This document shows positions 36,970 to 46,470 of a stretch of DNA of 64,000 bases, piece by piece. The notes below the pieces were generated by a model, which saw nothing but the letters and a program-made list of their open reading frames with translations, made no database searches and had not been told where the DNA came from. Position 1 is the stretch's first letter; each line of letters starts with the position of its first letter. The stretch comes from a virus (taxonomy: Duplodnaviria; Caudoviricetes), in the IMG/VR virus record IMGVR_UViG_3300043432_000237, positions 61,037-125,036 of that record. One strand, given 5' to 3'. A program made the position numbers and the translations under genes.

Positions 36970-37226
36970 GGCCAGATCCTGCCGCGCACTTCACACTTCA
37001 CACCTCGACACGTCTCGGTGATCCGCTGAGCGGCACGCAACGCGGACAAGCGCGTCGCGTACTCGAACTCCAGCTCCCGACTCAGTGCCGTCGCTCCACT
37101 GAACGCCGTGCCGCGACCCACCGCTTCGCGGCGCGCGACGCGCTCGATCTTCTCATCGTCGAGACACGTGGACTTGTACCGCGCGATGACGCGAAATGGC
37201 TTCCGCTTGGTCTTCACAGTTTTCAT
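36966..37226 (-). CDS. small basic hypothetical protein
   Basis: MKTVKTKRK start coupled to both neighbours. Confidence 0.55.
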   Translation of the reverse strand: MKTVKTKRKPFRVIARYKSTCLDDEKIERVARREAVGRGTAFSGATALSRELEFEYATRLSALRAAQRITETCRGVKCEVRGRIWP

Positions 37227-39055
37227 GGCTCGCGCTTGCTCCCGGTGTTGCCTTGCGTCGCGATCAGGTTGTAGCCGTGGTCCCGGTGAAAGGCGACGAC
37301 CTGATCCATCGGGTGAATAGGCCCGAAGCCCTCCTCCACCAGCTTGCGGAAGAACACTCCGTCCGAGTCGTAGTTGATACCGGCCTCCGGCCACATGGTC
37401 ACCTTGCGCAAGCAGCTGCGCCGGTGCACGACCGAGGTGTGATCGAGCTGACCACACGGATACTCGACCGGGCCGCCCGGGAAGAGATCTCGACCCTGCA
37501 GACTGCCGTCCGCGAACACCCAGCTCATCCGGCCGTACGCCATGTGCTGTTCGGGATGCGCCTCGAACCAGTCACGAAACAGCGTCAGACGATCGCGCGG
37601 GTAGAAGTCGTCGTCCGGCAGGTAGTGGATCAGCTCCCCACGCGCCAGCGGAAGCGCCCGGTTGATGCTGCGCACCGCTCGCACCTGCGCGTCGGGCCGA
37701 GGCCCCGTCGGACCCGTGCCGCGCAGCAGGATGCACTTGTACGTCGTGGTGTCGATTTCTGCCTGGATGGCTTCCAGCGTTTCAGGATCAGAGCCGTCAT
37801 CGGTGATGATCAGCTCCCAGTCGATGTCAGTCTGGTCGCGCACCGACCGGATAGCTTCGCGTACCAGCTTGGGCCGGTTGTAGCTGCCCAGGATGACGGT
37901 GTGTGTGACTGGCAAAACACCCTGGTCGATGTGCAGCAACGTGGTATGCGGACCCCGGATCGGCTCGATGAGCGCATCCGGGCTCATCTCGCGCACCAGC
38001 TGGTAGATCTCGCGCTCCGCGTAGACGTGATGCAAGAAGCGCGACGACTCGAACTGCTCGGTGGTGATCTGCTCCTGCTCTCCTAGCCATAGCGACACGA
38101 ACAGCTGACCGTGTGCGCCCGTGCGGGCAAGCAGGCGCTGCAGTGCAGTGCGCGCCTCGGGCAGGTGCCCCAGTACCTCGCAGCAGATCACCACGTCGCT
38201 GCTGCCGCCGTAAAACATCGAGGGCGTGCCGCCCAACAGATCTTCGTACCCAAACTTGAGCCGCGGGGCGTCGTTCGTGCGCACCGCCCAGGCCAGCATG
38301 CGCCGCGACACGTCTACCCCAATGTACTTCAGCTCCTGCTGCGCAGTCTGCCACGCTGCCACCAGCGCCTGCGCGACTTCGCCGGTGCCGCACCCGACTT
38401 CGAGCACCGCACTGTGCAGAGCATCTACCTGACGCACGCGGTTGCCGATTTCCATTGCCAACCAGGCGCGGTGCGCTTGCTCGTCCGCGCTCTGCCACTG
38501 CTGGCGGATCTGCTCCACCACCTCTCCGTTGTCCCAGCGCTCCCACGCGCGCTCCGGACCCGCCTGCGCCTCCATGTAGAACAGGTCATCTTGCGGCAGA
38601 CCCACATGGACAAACCCCGACCTCAAGTAGGTCTCGACCGCCGCCGAGTTGCCTCGTTTCACGTTCAGGCACAACTTGCGCAGCTGCAGGCTGCTGAACG
38701 CCCAGTCCACCGCTCCCAGCGTCAGGATCATGCCGTAGTTGCGCCCGAGCCCGCGCTTCTCACCGATCATGAGCCGCCCGAACTCCGCCGCCTTCTGCGC
38801 CCAGTCGACGTTGTAGATCGCGACCTGACCCACGGGACCTTCCTCGTCGCTCACCACGAACACGAAGTCGTTGTCCCGGTACTGGTACCGATCGAACCAC
38901 TCCTGGTGCTCCGCTTCGGTGATCTCGTCGGAGTGCAACAGCTGCTCTCGGACGCGCTGCTGATTGCGCCAGCCGCGCGTGACCGGCAGGTCGGCTGCTG
39001 ACAGTGGGCGGAAGGTCAGTCCGCCGCAGCGGAACGTGGGCAAAGCTCGTTTCAT
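37223..39055 (-). CDS. GNAT acetyltransferase-SAM methyltransferase-GT2 triple fusion
   Basis: WRNQ..VR...EH..WF, AEFGRLMIG, GRNYG (PseH-like GNAT); VLEVGCGTG, GVDVS..ML (MTase); SYNRP, TDDGS, YLPDDD (GT2). Confidence 0.9.
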   Translation of the reverse strand: MKRALPTFRCGGLTFRPLSAADLPVTRGWRNQQRVREQLLHSDEITEAEHQEWFDRYQYRDNDFVFVVSDEEGPVGQVAIYNVDWAQKAAEFGRLMIGEKRGLGRNYGMILTLGAVDWAFSSLQLRKLCLNVKRGNSAAVETYLRSGFVHVGLPQDDLFYMEAQAGPERAWERWDNGEVVEQIRQQWQSADEQAHRAWLAMEIGNRVRQVDALHSAVLEVGCGTGEVAQALVAAWQTAQQELKYIGVDVSRRMLAWAVRTNDAPRLKFGYEDLLGGTPSMFYGGSSDVVICCEVLGHLPEARTALQRLLARTGAHGQLFVSLWLGEQEQITTEQFESSRFLHHVYAEREIYQLVREMSPDALIEPIRGPHTTLLHIDQGVLPVTHTVILGSYNRPKLVREAIRSVRDQTDIDWELIITDDGSDPETLEAIQAEIDTTTYKCILLRGTGPTGPRPDAQVRAVRSINRALPLARGELIHYLPDDDFYPRDRLTLFRDWFEAHPEQHMAYGRMSWVFADGSLQGRDLFPGGPVEYPCGQLDHTSVVHRRSCLRKVTMWPEAGINYDSDGVFFRKLVEEGFGPIHPMDQVVAFHRDHGYNLIATQGNTGSKREP

Positions 39056-39591
39056 GGGTGTTTGCTCCGGTTCCAGATCGCATGCCGCTTCTGGCACTCG
39101 TCGCTGACGCCCGGCTGCGCGGCCAGCTGCTCTAGCAGCTCCCACAACTGCGCCGCGCGGCGCTGCCAGAGTTGCACCTCGAAGCGCGTGGCGCGTCGCC
39201 CGGTCACGTACCGATCGTTCTCCTCGATCAGCGCTGACGCGACGTTGCGTGCCAGGGCATCCAAGTCGATGAAGTCATCGTCTGGATCGCTCGGCGGATC
39301 GTACCGACTGATGATGCCCATGCCCTCCCGCCCGTTGCGACGCTGGTTCCAGCGCTGCACCTGCGGCTGGTCCAGCAGCACTGTCTGTAGTAGCTGCCTC
39401 AGCACCCCGCGGTCGGCGTGCAAGGTCAGCATGTACGAGCCCAGTACGGCCTCGACGCCCGGGCAGCTCCGGAAGCGGCGGCTGACCTCGACCAGCACGT
39501 CAGCCAGTCCCTCGGGTCCGGTCTCGTAGGGACTCTGGCGCACCGCCCAACGTGCCACCTCGCTGCGCAGCGAGGTCTCGGTGATGATCAT
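39052..39591 (-). CDS. hypothetical phage protein
   Basis: MIITETS start; DDDFIDLDALARNV. Confidence 0.65.
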   Translation of the reverse strand: MIITETSLRSEVARWAVRQSPYETGPEGLADVLVEVSRRFRSCPGVEAVLGSYMLTLHADRGVLRQLLQTVLLDQPQVQRWNQRRNGREGMGIISRYDPPSDPDDDFIDLDALARNVASALIEENDRYVTGRRATRFEVQLWQRRAAQLWELLEQLAAQPGVSDECQKRHAIWNRSKHP

Positions 39592-39599
39592 GTCCGCTG

Positions 39600-40772
39600 T
39601 CACGCGCGGGCTCCCAGTTCCTGCAGCCCGTCCAGCACTGCCGCGACCACGCGATCCACGTCGACCCTGCGCAGCCGCAGATGCAGCGGCAGCGACAGCA
39701 GCTCGGACGCAGCCTGGTTTGCCACGGGCGTCGGCCACTGGGCGCCGTAGAGCGGGTAGTAGTCTTGGTGGCTGGCGTAGTGCACGCCCGGGTAGATCTG
39801 CTGCTGATTCAGGTGGACCAGCACCTCGTCTCGGCGCTCTGGCACTCGGATCTGGTAGAGGTGGCGCGAGGGCACGCAGCCCGGTGTGACCTTGACGCTG
39901 TAAGCCGAGAGCATTTCCTCGTAGCGCTCCGCCAGCGCGCGCCGGTAGGCGTTGTCGACGTCCAGGTAGCGCAGCCCCACCAGCGCGAGCGCAGCATTCA
40001 AAGCGTTGCCGTGGTACTTGAAACCCAGGTGCTCGACGCCGTACTTCCACTTGTAGCGAGCATCAGGATCGAGCGTGCGCGCGTAGGTGTTGCGATCGAT
40101 CCCCATCCAGCTCAGCTTGCGCGCCAGCTCGTGCGCCTTCGGCGTGCGCATGCACAGCATGCCCCCGTCCGCCGCGGGCAAATTCTTGACGGCCTGGAAG
40201 CTGAAGCACATCGCGTCGGCGGTGGATCCCAGTCCGGCGCCAACGTGCCGCGTAGGCGCGCCATCCGTTGGGAAGCGCGTGCCGGCCATGTGGGCCGCGT
40301 CGATGATCAGATCCAGTCCGCGGTCCTGACAGAGCTGCTCGATGGTTGCCAGCTGACCGACGTTGCCGCCCAGCCCCACGAACATCACCGCCCGCGTCTC
40401 CGAAGTGATGCGCGCCACCACCGACTCGGGGTCCAAGCAGAGCGACTCGTCCACGTCCGCGAAGACCGGACGCAGACCGGCGTAGCGGATAGCGTGATTG
40501 GTCGACACGAAGGTGAGCGGGCTGGTAATGACCTCAGCGCGGCGGCGCCAGTTGTGCTGGATCTTGAGCACCTCCAGTGCCAGGTGCAGCGCAGACGTGC
40601 AGCTGTTCGTGAACAGCGCGTGCGGCAGCCCCGTGTACTCCCTCCAGGCTGCCTCCAAACGCTCGGTCAGCTCACCCGGTGCGGTCCAGCCGGCTTCGAG
40701 ACAGGGGCGCAGCTCGGCCAAGCACTCGTCGGTCCGATAGACCGGCACGAACAACTGAATGGGCTCTTTCAT
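39600..40772 (-). CDS. DegT/DnrJ/EryC1/StrS sugar aminotransferase
   Basis: NSCTSALHLA, TFVST, DAAH, FSFQAVKNL..DGG, GFKY, LSLPLH. Confidence 0.95.
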   Translation of the reverse strand: MKEPIQLFVPVYRTDECLAELRPCLEAGWTAPGELTERLEAAWREYTGLPHALFTNSCTSALHLALEVLKIQHNWRRRAEVITSPLTFVSTNHAIRYAGLRPVFADVDESLCLDPESVVARITSETRAVMFVGLGGNVGQLATIEQLCQDRGLDLIIDAAHMAGTRFPTDGAPTRHVGAGLGSTADAMCFSFQAVKNLPAADGGMLCMRTPKAHELARKLSWMGIDRNTYARTLDPDARYKWKYGVEHLGFKYHGNALNAALALVGLRYLDVDNAYRRALAERYEEMLSAYSVKVTPGCVPSRHLYQIRVPERRDEVLVHLNQQQIYPGVHYASHQDYYPLYGAQWPTPVANQAASELLSLPLHLRLRRVDVDRVVAAVLDGLQELGARA

Positions 40773-41599
40773 GCTCTCACCTCGCGCGCCGCAGCGATGA
40801 CCTCTCCTTGGAACGTCCTGTCGACGCAGAGCGCACGGTACAGGTTCTCGCCCAGCACGTCGCAGCGGTAGTCGTCGCGCACCAGGTCCCGCACCACGCT
40901 CGGCAGCTCGTCTGCCGTCGCGTCCACGTAGTCCATGCCGGGCACCAGCGGGTACGGGTCACGCAGGTGCTCGCTCACCAGCGGCAAGCGATAAGCCGCT
41001 GTCAGGGCAATCCTGATCGGCTCGCCGATCTCGACCGGCGTCTGGTGCGTGTTGACCATCACGCGACTCTCGCGCAACACCTGATCCCGCGTCTCGCCTG
41101 GCCCGGCGCAGGGAGCCTCGCGCAGACCCTGCTGGCGCAGGCGCGCCAGGATCTCGACGCGGCGCCCATGCACGTAGCTCATGTGCGCGTAGTCGAACTG
41201 CTTGCCCACCGGCTGCTCGTGCAGCCGCAGAAGCGGGTGGCTGCCCAGCGTGAGGTACTGCTGCCGAGTGTCCAGCGAGCGGTAGTGCCGATCGGAGACC
41301 CAGACCCGATCGAACACGCTCAGCGCATCGGAGACGACCTGGGTCGGCGTGGGCATGTTCGGGGCGTCGGGGCGCTCCAGGTTCCACCACACGACCTTCG
41401 CGGCGGGTGGACCCACGTGGTGCTCGCGCTTCTGACGCAGTGCCTCGACCTCGCCGTTCACGGGCGTGGTCACGTACACCGCATCGGCCGCCAGGTTGAT
41501 CTCGTCCACGTAGCAGGTCGGAAAGCCTGACAGCTCGACCAGCCGCCAGAAGTCCGCGTAGGAGTCGTAGCTCCAGCGCGTGCGAGCAAACACGATCAT
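40769..41599 (-). CDS. putative glycosyltransferase
   Basis: YDSYADFWRLV, WNLE, RDQVL..SRVMVN.H, EPIR, LPLVSE. Confidence 0.7.
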   Translation of the reverse strand: MIVFARTRWSYDSYADFWRLVELSGFPTCYVDEINLAADAVYVTTPVNGEVEALRQKREHHVGPPAAKVVWWNLERPDAPNMPTPTQVVSDALSVFDRVWVSDRHYRSLDTRQQYLTLGSHPLLRLHEQPVGKQFDYAHMSYVHGRRVEILARLRQQGLREAPCAGPGETRDQVLRESRVMVNTHQTPVEIGEPIRIALTAAYRLPLVSEHLRDPYPLVPGMDYVDATADELPSVVRDLVRDDYRCDVLGENLYRALCVDRTFQGEVIAAAREVRA

Positions 41600-42522
41600 T
41601 GGGTGGCTCCGACGCGGTACTCCCGAATGTTGGTCACGCACTCGACCGCGTACCACGGATGCTCCGTGTTCACGACCTTCGGGTACTGCTGATTGTTGCG
41701 GCGCTGAAAGTACACCTGGCGATTCCGGTTCAGGCCCTCGCCCCACTGCACCGAGGTCCGATTGCGATGCGCCTCGGGCTCGGCCGAGTGATCCTGGTGC
41801 AGCCCCTGGATCTCGGTGGCGTACACCGGTGCCCAGCCCGCCAGCGCCACCCGATCGCGGAAGTCGTCGTCCTCGGCGGCGACGCCTTCCAGGTAGACGA
41901 AGTCCACGCCGCGGATGGCCTCGATGGCTGCCTTGGGCAAGAACGACGTGTACCAGTACAGCTCCTGCGGACCGAAGTGTTGAAGCCCACCCCTGGCGTT
42001 GACGGCCTGCAGGAAGCCCTCCCAGCCGACGCTGGTCCAGTCGCGTTCGTGGCTGGACAACCAGCGGTTGGTCTCGCCGTCGCCTAGCCAGGTCAGCCCG
42101 AACAGGTAGCTCTTCTCTTTCTTGGCGATCAGGCGCTCGCGGGCGTGCGCGAAATTCTCGGGGGCGTGCAAGATCTCCGGGTGGCACAACGCGATCACCT
42201 CGCCCCGCGCCAGCGCCGTGCCGGCGTTGATGGTCAGCGCGGGCGTGTGAAACCAGTCCTCGCGCTCACCGGGCTTCCAAGTCGGGTTGCGCTTCTTCCA
42301 CAGCGGGTGCAGCTTGTGGTCCAGCTCGACGTGACGCAGGTTGATCTTGCCGATCAGGTGCTCGTACGTCTTGCTCAAGTCCTCCGTGCTGCAGTCGTCG
42401 ATCAGCACGATCTCCCACTGCTCGGGCGGCAGCGTCTGCCAGAGATACCCAGCCAGCGCGCGGCCGAACAGCTGGCCGCGGTTGTGGATGGACAGGACCG
42501 CAGAGATCTCAACCTGGGGCAT
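41596..42522 (-). CDS. GT2 glycosyltransferase
   Basis: HNR..L, EIVLIDDCSTE, IN.G...ARGE, GVD..Y..G.AAEDDDF. Confidence 0.88.
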   Translation of the reverse strand: MPQVEISAVLSIHNRGQLFGRALAGYLWQTLPPEQWEIVLIDDCSTEDLSKTYEHLIGKINLRHVELDHKLHPLWKKRNPTWKPGEREDWFHTPALTINAGTALARGEVIALCHPEILHAPENFAHARERLIAKKEKSYLFGLTWLGDGETNRWLSSHERDWTSVGWEGFLQAVNARGGLQHFGPQELYWYTSFLPKAAIEAIRGVDFVYLEGVAAEDDDFRDRVALAGWAPVYATEIQGLHQDHSAEPEAHRNRTSVQWGEGLNRNRQVYFQRRNNQQYPKVVNTEHPWYAVECVTNIREYRVGATQ

Positions 42523-43520
42523 CACATCCCCAACCAGTACGGGTGCTCGACGCTCCAGCGGATCGTGTCGGCCAAGCTCACCTCGAACGTCTTGGCGTAC
42601 TCGAACCCCATGTCGCGCAGCTTGTCCCCGTTCAGGGCGTAGCGCAGATCGTGACCCGGGCGCGCGGAGTGAAAGTCCACCAGCTCCCCGTGCAGGCGCT
42701 TGTCCAGCGTCTGAGCAATGAACTGGGCCAGTTCCAGGTTGTCCACCTCGCGCTCGCCCACGATGTTGTACTTCTCGCCGGCCGTGCCCTTGTCGAGCAA
42801 AAACAGCACCGCAGCGGCGACGTTGCGCGCGTGGATGTAGTAGCGCGAGCCGGGCTTGGTGCAGGTCTGGTCGGCGTGGATGGTGACCTTCTCCCCCTGC
42901 AGCACCTTCCGGATCGTGTTCGGGATGAACTTTTCGTGATGCTGCCGCTGCCCGAACACGTTCATGGTGTGCGTGATCAGCACGGGCAGTCGGTACGTGT
43001 TGTGGAAGGCGAGCGCCAGCTCCTCGCCGCCGGCCTTGGAGGCCGCGTACGGGTTGCCCGAGCGGTAGCGATCCCACTCCGCGTAGTGCACGCCCGTCGG
43101 CGCGGGCCCGAAGACCTCGTCGGTCGAGAAGTAGACGACCTTGCCCAGCGTGCCGTAGCGCGACTGCAGGCGCGTCGCGTACTGCAAGAGGTTGCAGGTG
43201 CCGACCACGTTGTCCATCACGAAGTCCATGGGGTTGGTGATGGAGCGATCGACGTGTGTGCTGGCCGCCAGGTGGATGATGTGGTCCACCTCACCGATCG
43301 CGTCCTGCACGTACTCGTTCAGCTCAGACTTCAGGTCGTGCCAGACGAACTGCACGCGCGACTTGTTCGCTTCCCAGGGACCAATGTCCGTTAGCCGCAT
43401 CTGGGTGGAGGTCGTGTCCAACCGATCCAATCCGACGAGGTCCCAGTCGGTCTGCTTGAGAATGGCCTCTCCGACGTGGTGCCCAATGAATCCGCTCAAC
43501 CCCGTGACGAGTACTCGCAT
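42522..43520 (-). CDS. rfbB: NDP-glucose 4,6-dehydratase (RmlB/RfbB-like)
   Basis: TGLSGFIG, HLAASTHVDRSI, FSTDEVFG, NPYAASK, EKFIP, RPGHDLRYA. Confidence 0.93.
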   Translation of the reverse strand: MRVLVTGLSGFIGHHVGEAILKQTDWDLVGLDRLDTTSTQMRLTDIGPWEANKSRVQFVWHDLKSELNEYVQDAIGEVDHIIHLAASTHVDRSITNPMDFVMDNVVGTCNLLQYATRLQSRYGTLGKVVYFSTDEVFGPAPTGVHYAEWDRYRSGNPYAASKAGGEELALAFHNTYRLPVLITHTMNVFGQRQHHEKFIPNTIRKVLQGEKVTIHADQTCTKPGSRYYIHARNVAAAVLFLLDKGTAGEKYNIVGEREVDNLELAQFIAQTLDKRLHGELVDFHSARPGHDLRYALNGDKLRDMGFEYAKTFEVSLADTIRWSVEHPYWLGM

Positions 43521-43557
43521 GGGGGCGACCCTACATCAGGCCGTGTTAGCGCCGCAA
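43521..43557 (-). promoter_or_regulatory. putative leaderless promoter of glycosylation operon (TTGCGG-N18-TAGGGT-N7-ATG)
   Basis: Matches recurring geometry; no SD before ATG. Confidence 0.6.
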
Positions 43558-43581
43558 GCGTCTTGCTAGCGCTGCCGCGAT

Positions 43582-43875
43582 TCACGCCATCTTGGGCTGC
43601 GCGAACGACGCGCTCTCGGGGGGCGGCGCGAGCAGGGCATCCTTGATGTGCGGGACGACGCGATCGGTGACACCCCAGATGGTGCCCTCGATGGCAGCGA
43701 CGAGCAGCGTGCTGGCCATCGAGGCGCGCGGGTCGCGGTAGGCCGCGAAACCGGTGAACAGGCCACCGATCATCAGGTTGTCCAGGCGGGTGTGCTGCCG
43801 CCCGGTCAGCACGGCGAAGGTGGCGCCGACGATGCCCGCGGCCATGGCAGTCTGCACCTTGATCTGGTCGTCCAT
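43582..43875 (-). CDS. small membrane protein
   Basis: 2-3 hydrophobic segments; TTGAGC-N18-TAGCCT-N7-ATG upstream. Confidence 0.7.
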   Translation of the reverse strand: MDDQIKVQTAMAAGIVGATFAVLTGRQHTRLDNLMIGGLFTGFAAYRDPRASMASTLLVAAIEGTIWGVTDRVVPHIKDALLAPPPESASFAQPKMA

Positions 43876-43925
43876 GTTGCTCAGGCTACCAGGCCAGCGC
43901 CGGGCGGCTCAACTTTCCCGACCGC

Positions 43926-44597
43926 TCAGTTCGTACGCCAGTAGTAGAAACCGCTCGGCGTTTCGCTGGACCGCCCGTCGTAGCTGGACAGGTAGTGCTC
44001 CGGACCGTCGCTGCTGACGGCTTCCTCGGCGGCGGCGTCCTCGTCGATACCGGCAATCTCGATCGCCTTCTTGACGGCGTCTTCCTTGCCGTAGATCTCC
44101 TCCAGGTAGTCCAGCGGGTACTTCAGGTCGCGCCTGGTCTTCTCTTCGGCCAACGCCTCGATCAGACCCTCGCGATCTTCCAGCACAAGCTCCTCGTCAT
44201 CGTCCTCGCCCAAGTACGGATCCTCGACCAGACTGGAGCGCTGCAGCTCCTTGATCAGCTCGTCATCGTCCATGTCGTTGAAGTCGTCGTAGTTCATGTC
44301 CTGCAGATCGGACTCCAGCTCGTCCCGCAGCTTCTTCTCGTCGATGTGCGACTCGATGAACGACGGCTCGAACATCCCTGGCTCCTCTTCCAGGTCTTGC
44401 TTGACACTGGCCACCGCCAGCTCGTGCATCGCGTCGTGGTCCTCGACGACCTGCCACTCCTTCGATCCGGACTTCACCTCGAAGACGGTGGTGTCGAACA
44501 GCGTGGTTTCGGTGATGTCCAGGTCGTCCTCGTCGTAGCCCAGCTCCTTGGCCATCTCACGCAGCACGCCCTCTTCGTCGAACGCATTCTTTGCCAT
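43926..44597 (-). CDS. highly acidic phage protein
   Basis: D/E-rich; ID.D...EEAVSSDG.EHYLSSYDG; starts MAKN. Confidence 0.85.
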   Translation of the reverse strand: MAKNAFDEEGVLREMAKELGYDEDDLDITETTLFDTTVFEVKSGSKEWQVVEDHDAMHELAVASVKQDLEEEPGMFEPSFIESHIDEKKLRDELESDLQDMNYDDFNDMDDDELIKELQRSSLVEDPYLGEDDDEELVLEDREGLIEALAEEKTRRDLKYPLDYLEEIYGKEDAVKKAIEIAGIDEDAAAEEAVSSDGPEHYLSSYDGRSSETPSGFYYWRTN

Positions 44598-44652
44598 GGT
44601 TGTCCTCGCAGCTTACCGACAGGTCGTTTCGTGGGTCAATTTCTGGGACGGG

Positions 44653-46470
44653 TCAGATCACTCGCTCGCCGGTGCCCGCGCGGTAGCGGCGCACGATCTC
44701 GAAGCTCGCCGCAGAGGGAGTGACGCCGCGGCTGACCACGCGATCGTGCTCGCCATTCGTGGCTGCGATGCGCGCGTAGGTCTTGGCTCCCTGCAGGTCG
44801 TGCGGACCGTGCGGGCCCTCACTGCTCATCGGCTCACCGTGGCGGTCGAGCACCCAGACGTAGTAGCCACCATTGGGAGTGTGTTCGCTCTGCGCAAGGT
44901 ACTCGTTCGCTGCGTTGATGGCTCCCCAACCGGCCGCCGTCAATTCGACCGATGCGCCGTCAGGGCCTTGGAAAAAGCGTACCCAGCCCGGGTACTCCAC
45001 GTCGCGCCTATCGGACGGACGGACTCTGTTCGGGTATGACTTCGCAAAGTCTACGAACCCGCGGAGTCGAGCGATTTCTTGTCGCGTGAACGCGGCGAGT
45101 GGCGCCACCCCGTTCAGTCGAGCCAGCTTGACCACCGCCAGACACTGGAAACGAGTGGCCCCGCCAGGCACCGGGAGCGCGTCAGCAATCTCTCGTGCAC
45201 CATTTCTGGCCATGCTTCCTGGTACGGCGTTCGGGCGCACTTTCTCCCCTGCGTAGTACTGGTCGTCTTCGGCCAGGTGATCCATCGCGATTTCCTGGGC
45301 CAGCGCCCAGTCGTCGGTGTGCTCCAGCTCGTGCTGGGTGCCGATCTCCAGCTGGACTGGATCGAAGTCCTCCGGTCGCATGCCGGCGGCACGGCCACCC
45401 GGTAGCCTTTCCTGAAAGGGCGAGTAGGCGTCGTTCGGCTCGAAGTTGCTTTGCGGCTCGCGCTGCACACCGCGCTCGCGCCGGTCGCGCATCCCGTCGC
45501 GATAGCCGTCGAGGAAGGCTGCACTTGCCACCGCCAACAGCTCGCGCTCTTTCTTTTCTGTTAGCGGCCTCTTCGGCAAGAGCGCAGACTTGTATCCCAG
45601 GTAGCGTTGCCAGGATTCGCTTGAGGCCTGCCTGGCCACGGTGCCCTCCAGCAACTGGGTGTCTCGGTGCGCGTCACCAAGCACGATGCGAGGCGGATCA
45701 ACCAGACCCTCTCCGCGATAAGAGCGTTCGGCCGGAGCACCTGTCTCGTCGAAAACCTGGAACTCCAGGATCGCAAAGTAGGGTTCTCCGCGCTTGTCCA
45801 CCAGCCGGTTGCCCAGCTCGTCCACGATCTCCTGTGACTGAATGAGCCAGCCCTTGTCGATGAAGACTCGCGCGTTGGGCGTCAGACTCTGTTGTCTCGC
45901 GTTCGGAGTGTGCCCCCCGCGCAACGCCTCGGCCTTGGCGATGACCTCTTCCAGGCGCTCGGCTAGCTCGTCGAGCGTGGCAGCCTGCACAGTCGAGGGC
46001 GAGAAAATTCCCTTCCACTCGCGCTTGGCCGGACTGATGCGCAAGCGATAGTCGCCCGCGCCACCAGTGAGCTGCGCGCCGCGCTCTCCGAACACGTCCT
46101 TCGCTCGATACAGGAGCTTGTGCTTCTGGTCCGCAGCCGACGGGCCACGCGGAGCTGGTGCCTCCGCCTCGTTGCGCACGATCCCGTGCTGGTAGATCAC
46201 GAACAGTGGCCGGTCGTGCAGAAACGGGTCTGACGCCGTCAGCGAGCGCTTGCCTACCAGCTGCCCACGAATGCGCACCGCCAAGCGCTCGGCTTCCGCT
46301 TCGGTGGCCACCGGCACCTCGACCGCCCAGCTGCGCGACTTGCGGAAGTAGTACAGCATCATGCCGGGCGGAGACAGCAGGCGCAGCCCGGCGGGCTTCA
46401 GGTACCGTTCTGCCGAAAACAGCTCGTGATACTCGCCCAGCTGGGCGGCGAGTTCGTGAAGAAGGCTCAT
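44653..46470 (-). CDS. mosaic protein with PN-delimited modules, including DUF5661-like module (about 45241..45432)
   Basis: LPGGRA...DFDPVQLEIG..HELEHT.D..LA.EIAMDHLAED..YY flanked by FEPN and VRPN. Confidence 0.85.
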   Translation of the reverse strand: MSLLHELAAQLGEYHELFSAERYLKPAGLRLLSPPGMMLYYFRKSRSWAVEVPVATEAEAERLAVRIRGQLVGKRSLTASDPFLHDRPLFVIYQHGIVRNEAEAPAPRGPSAADQKHKLLYRAKDVFGERGAQLTGGAGDYRLRISPAKREWKGIFSPSTVQAATLDELAERLEEVIAKAEALRGGHTPNARQQSLTPNARVFIDKGWLIQSQEIVDELGNRLVDKRGEPYFAILEFQVFDETGAPAERSYRGEGLVDPPRIVLGDAHRDTQLLEGTVARQASSESWQRYLGYKSALLPKRPLTEKKERELLAVASAAFLDGYRDGMRDRRERGVQREPQSNFEPNDAYSPFQERLPGGRAAGMRPEDFDPVQLEIGTQHELEHTDDWALAQEIAMDHLAEDDQYYAGEKVRPNAVPGSMARNGAREIADALPVPGGATRFQCLAVVKLARLNGVAPLAAFTRQEIARLRGFVDFAKSYPNRVRPSDRRDVEYPGWVRFFQGPDGASVELTAAGWGAINAANEYLAQSEHTPNGGYYVWVLDRHGEPMSSEGPHGPHDLQGAKTYARIAATNGEHDRVVSRGVTPSAASFEIVRRYRAGTGERVI

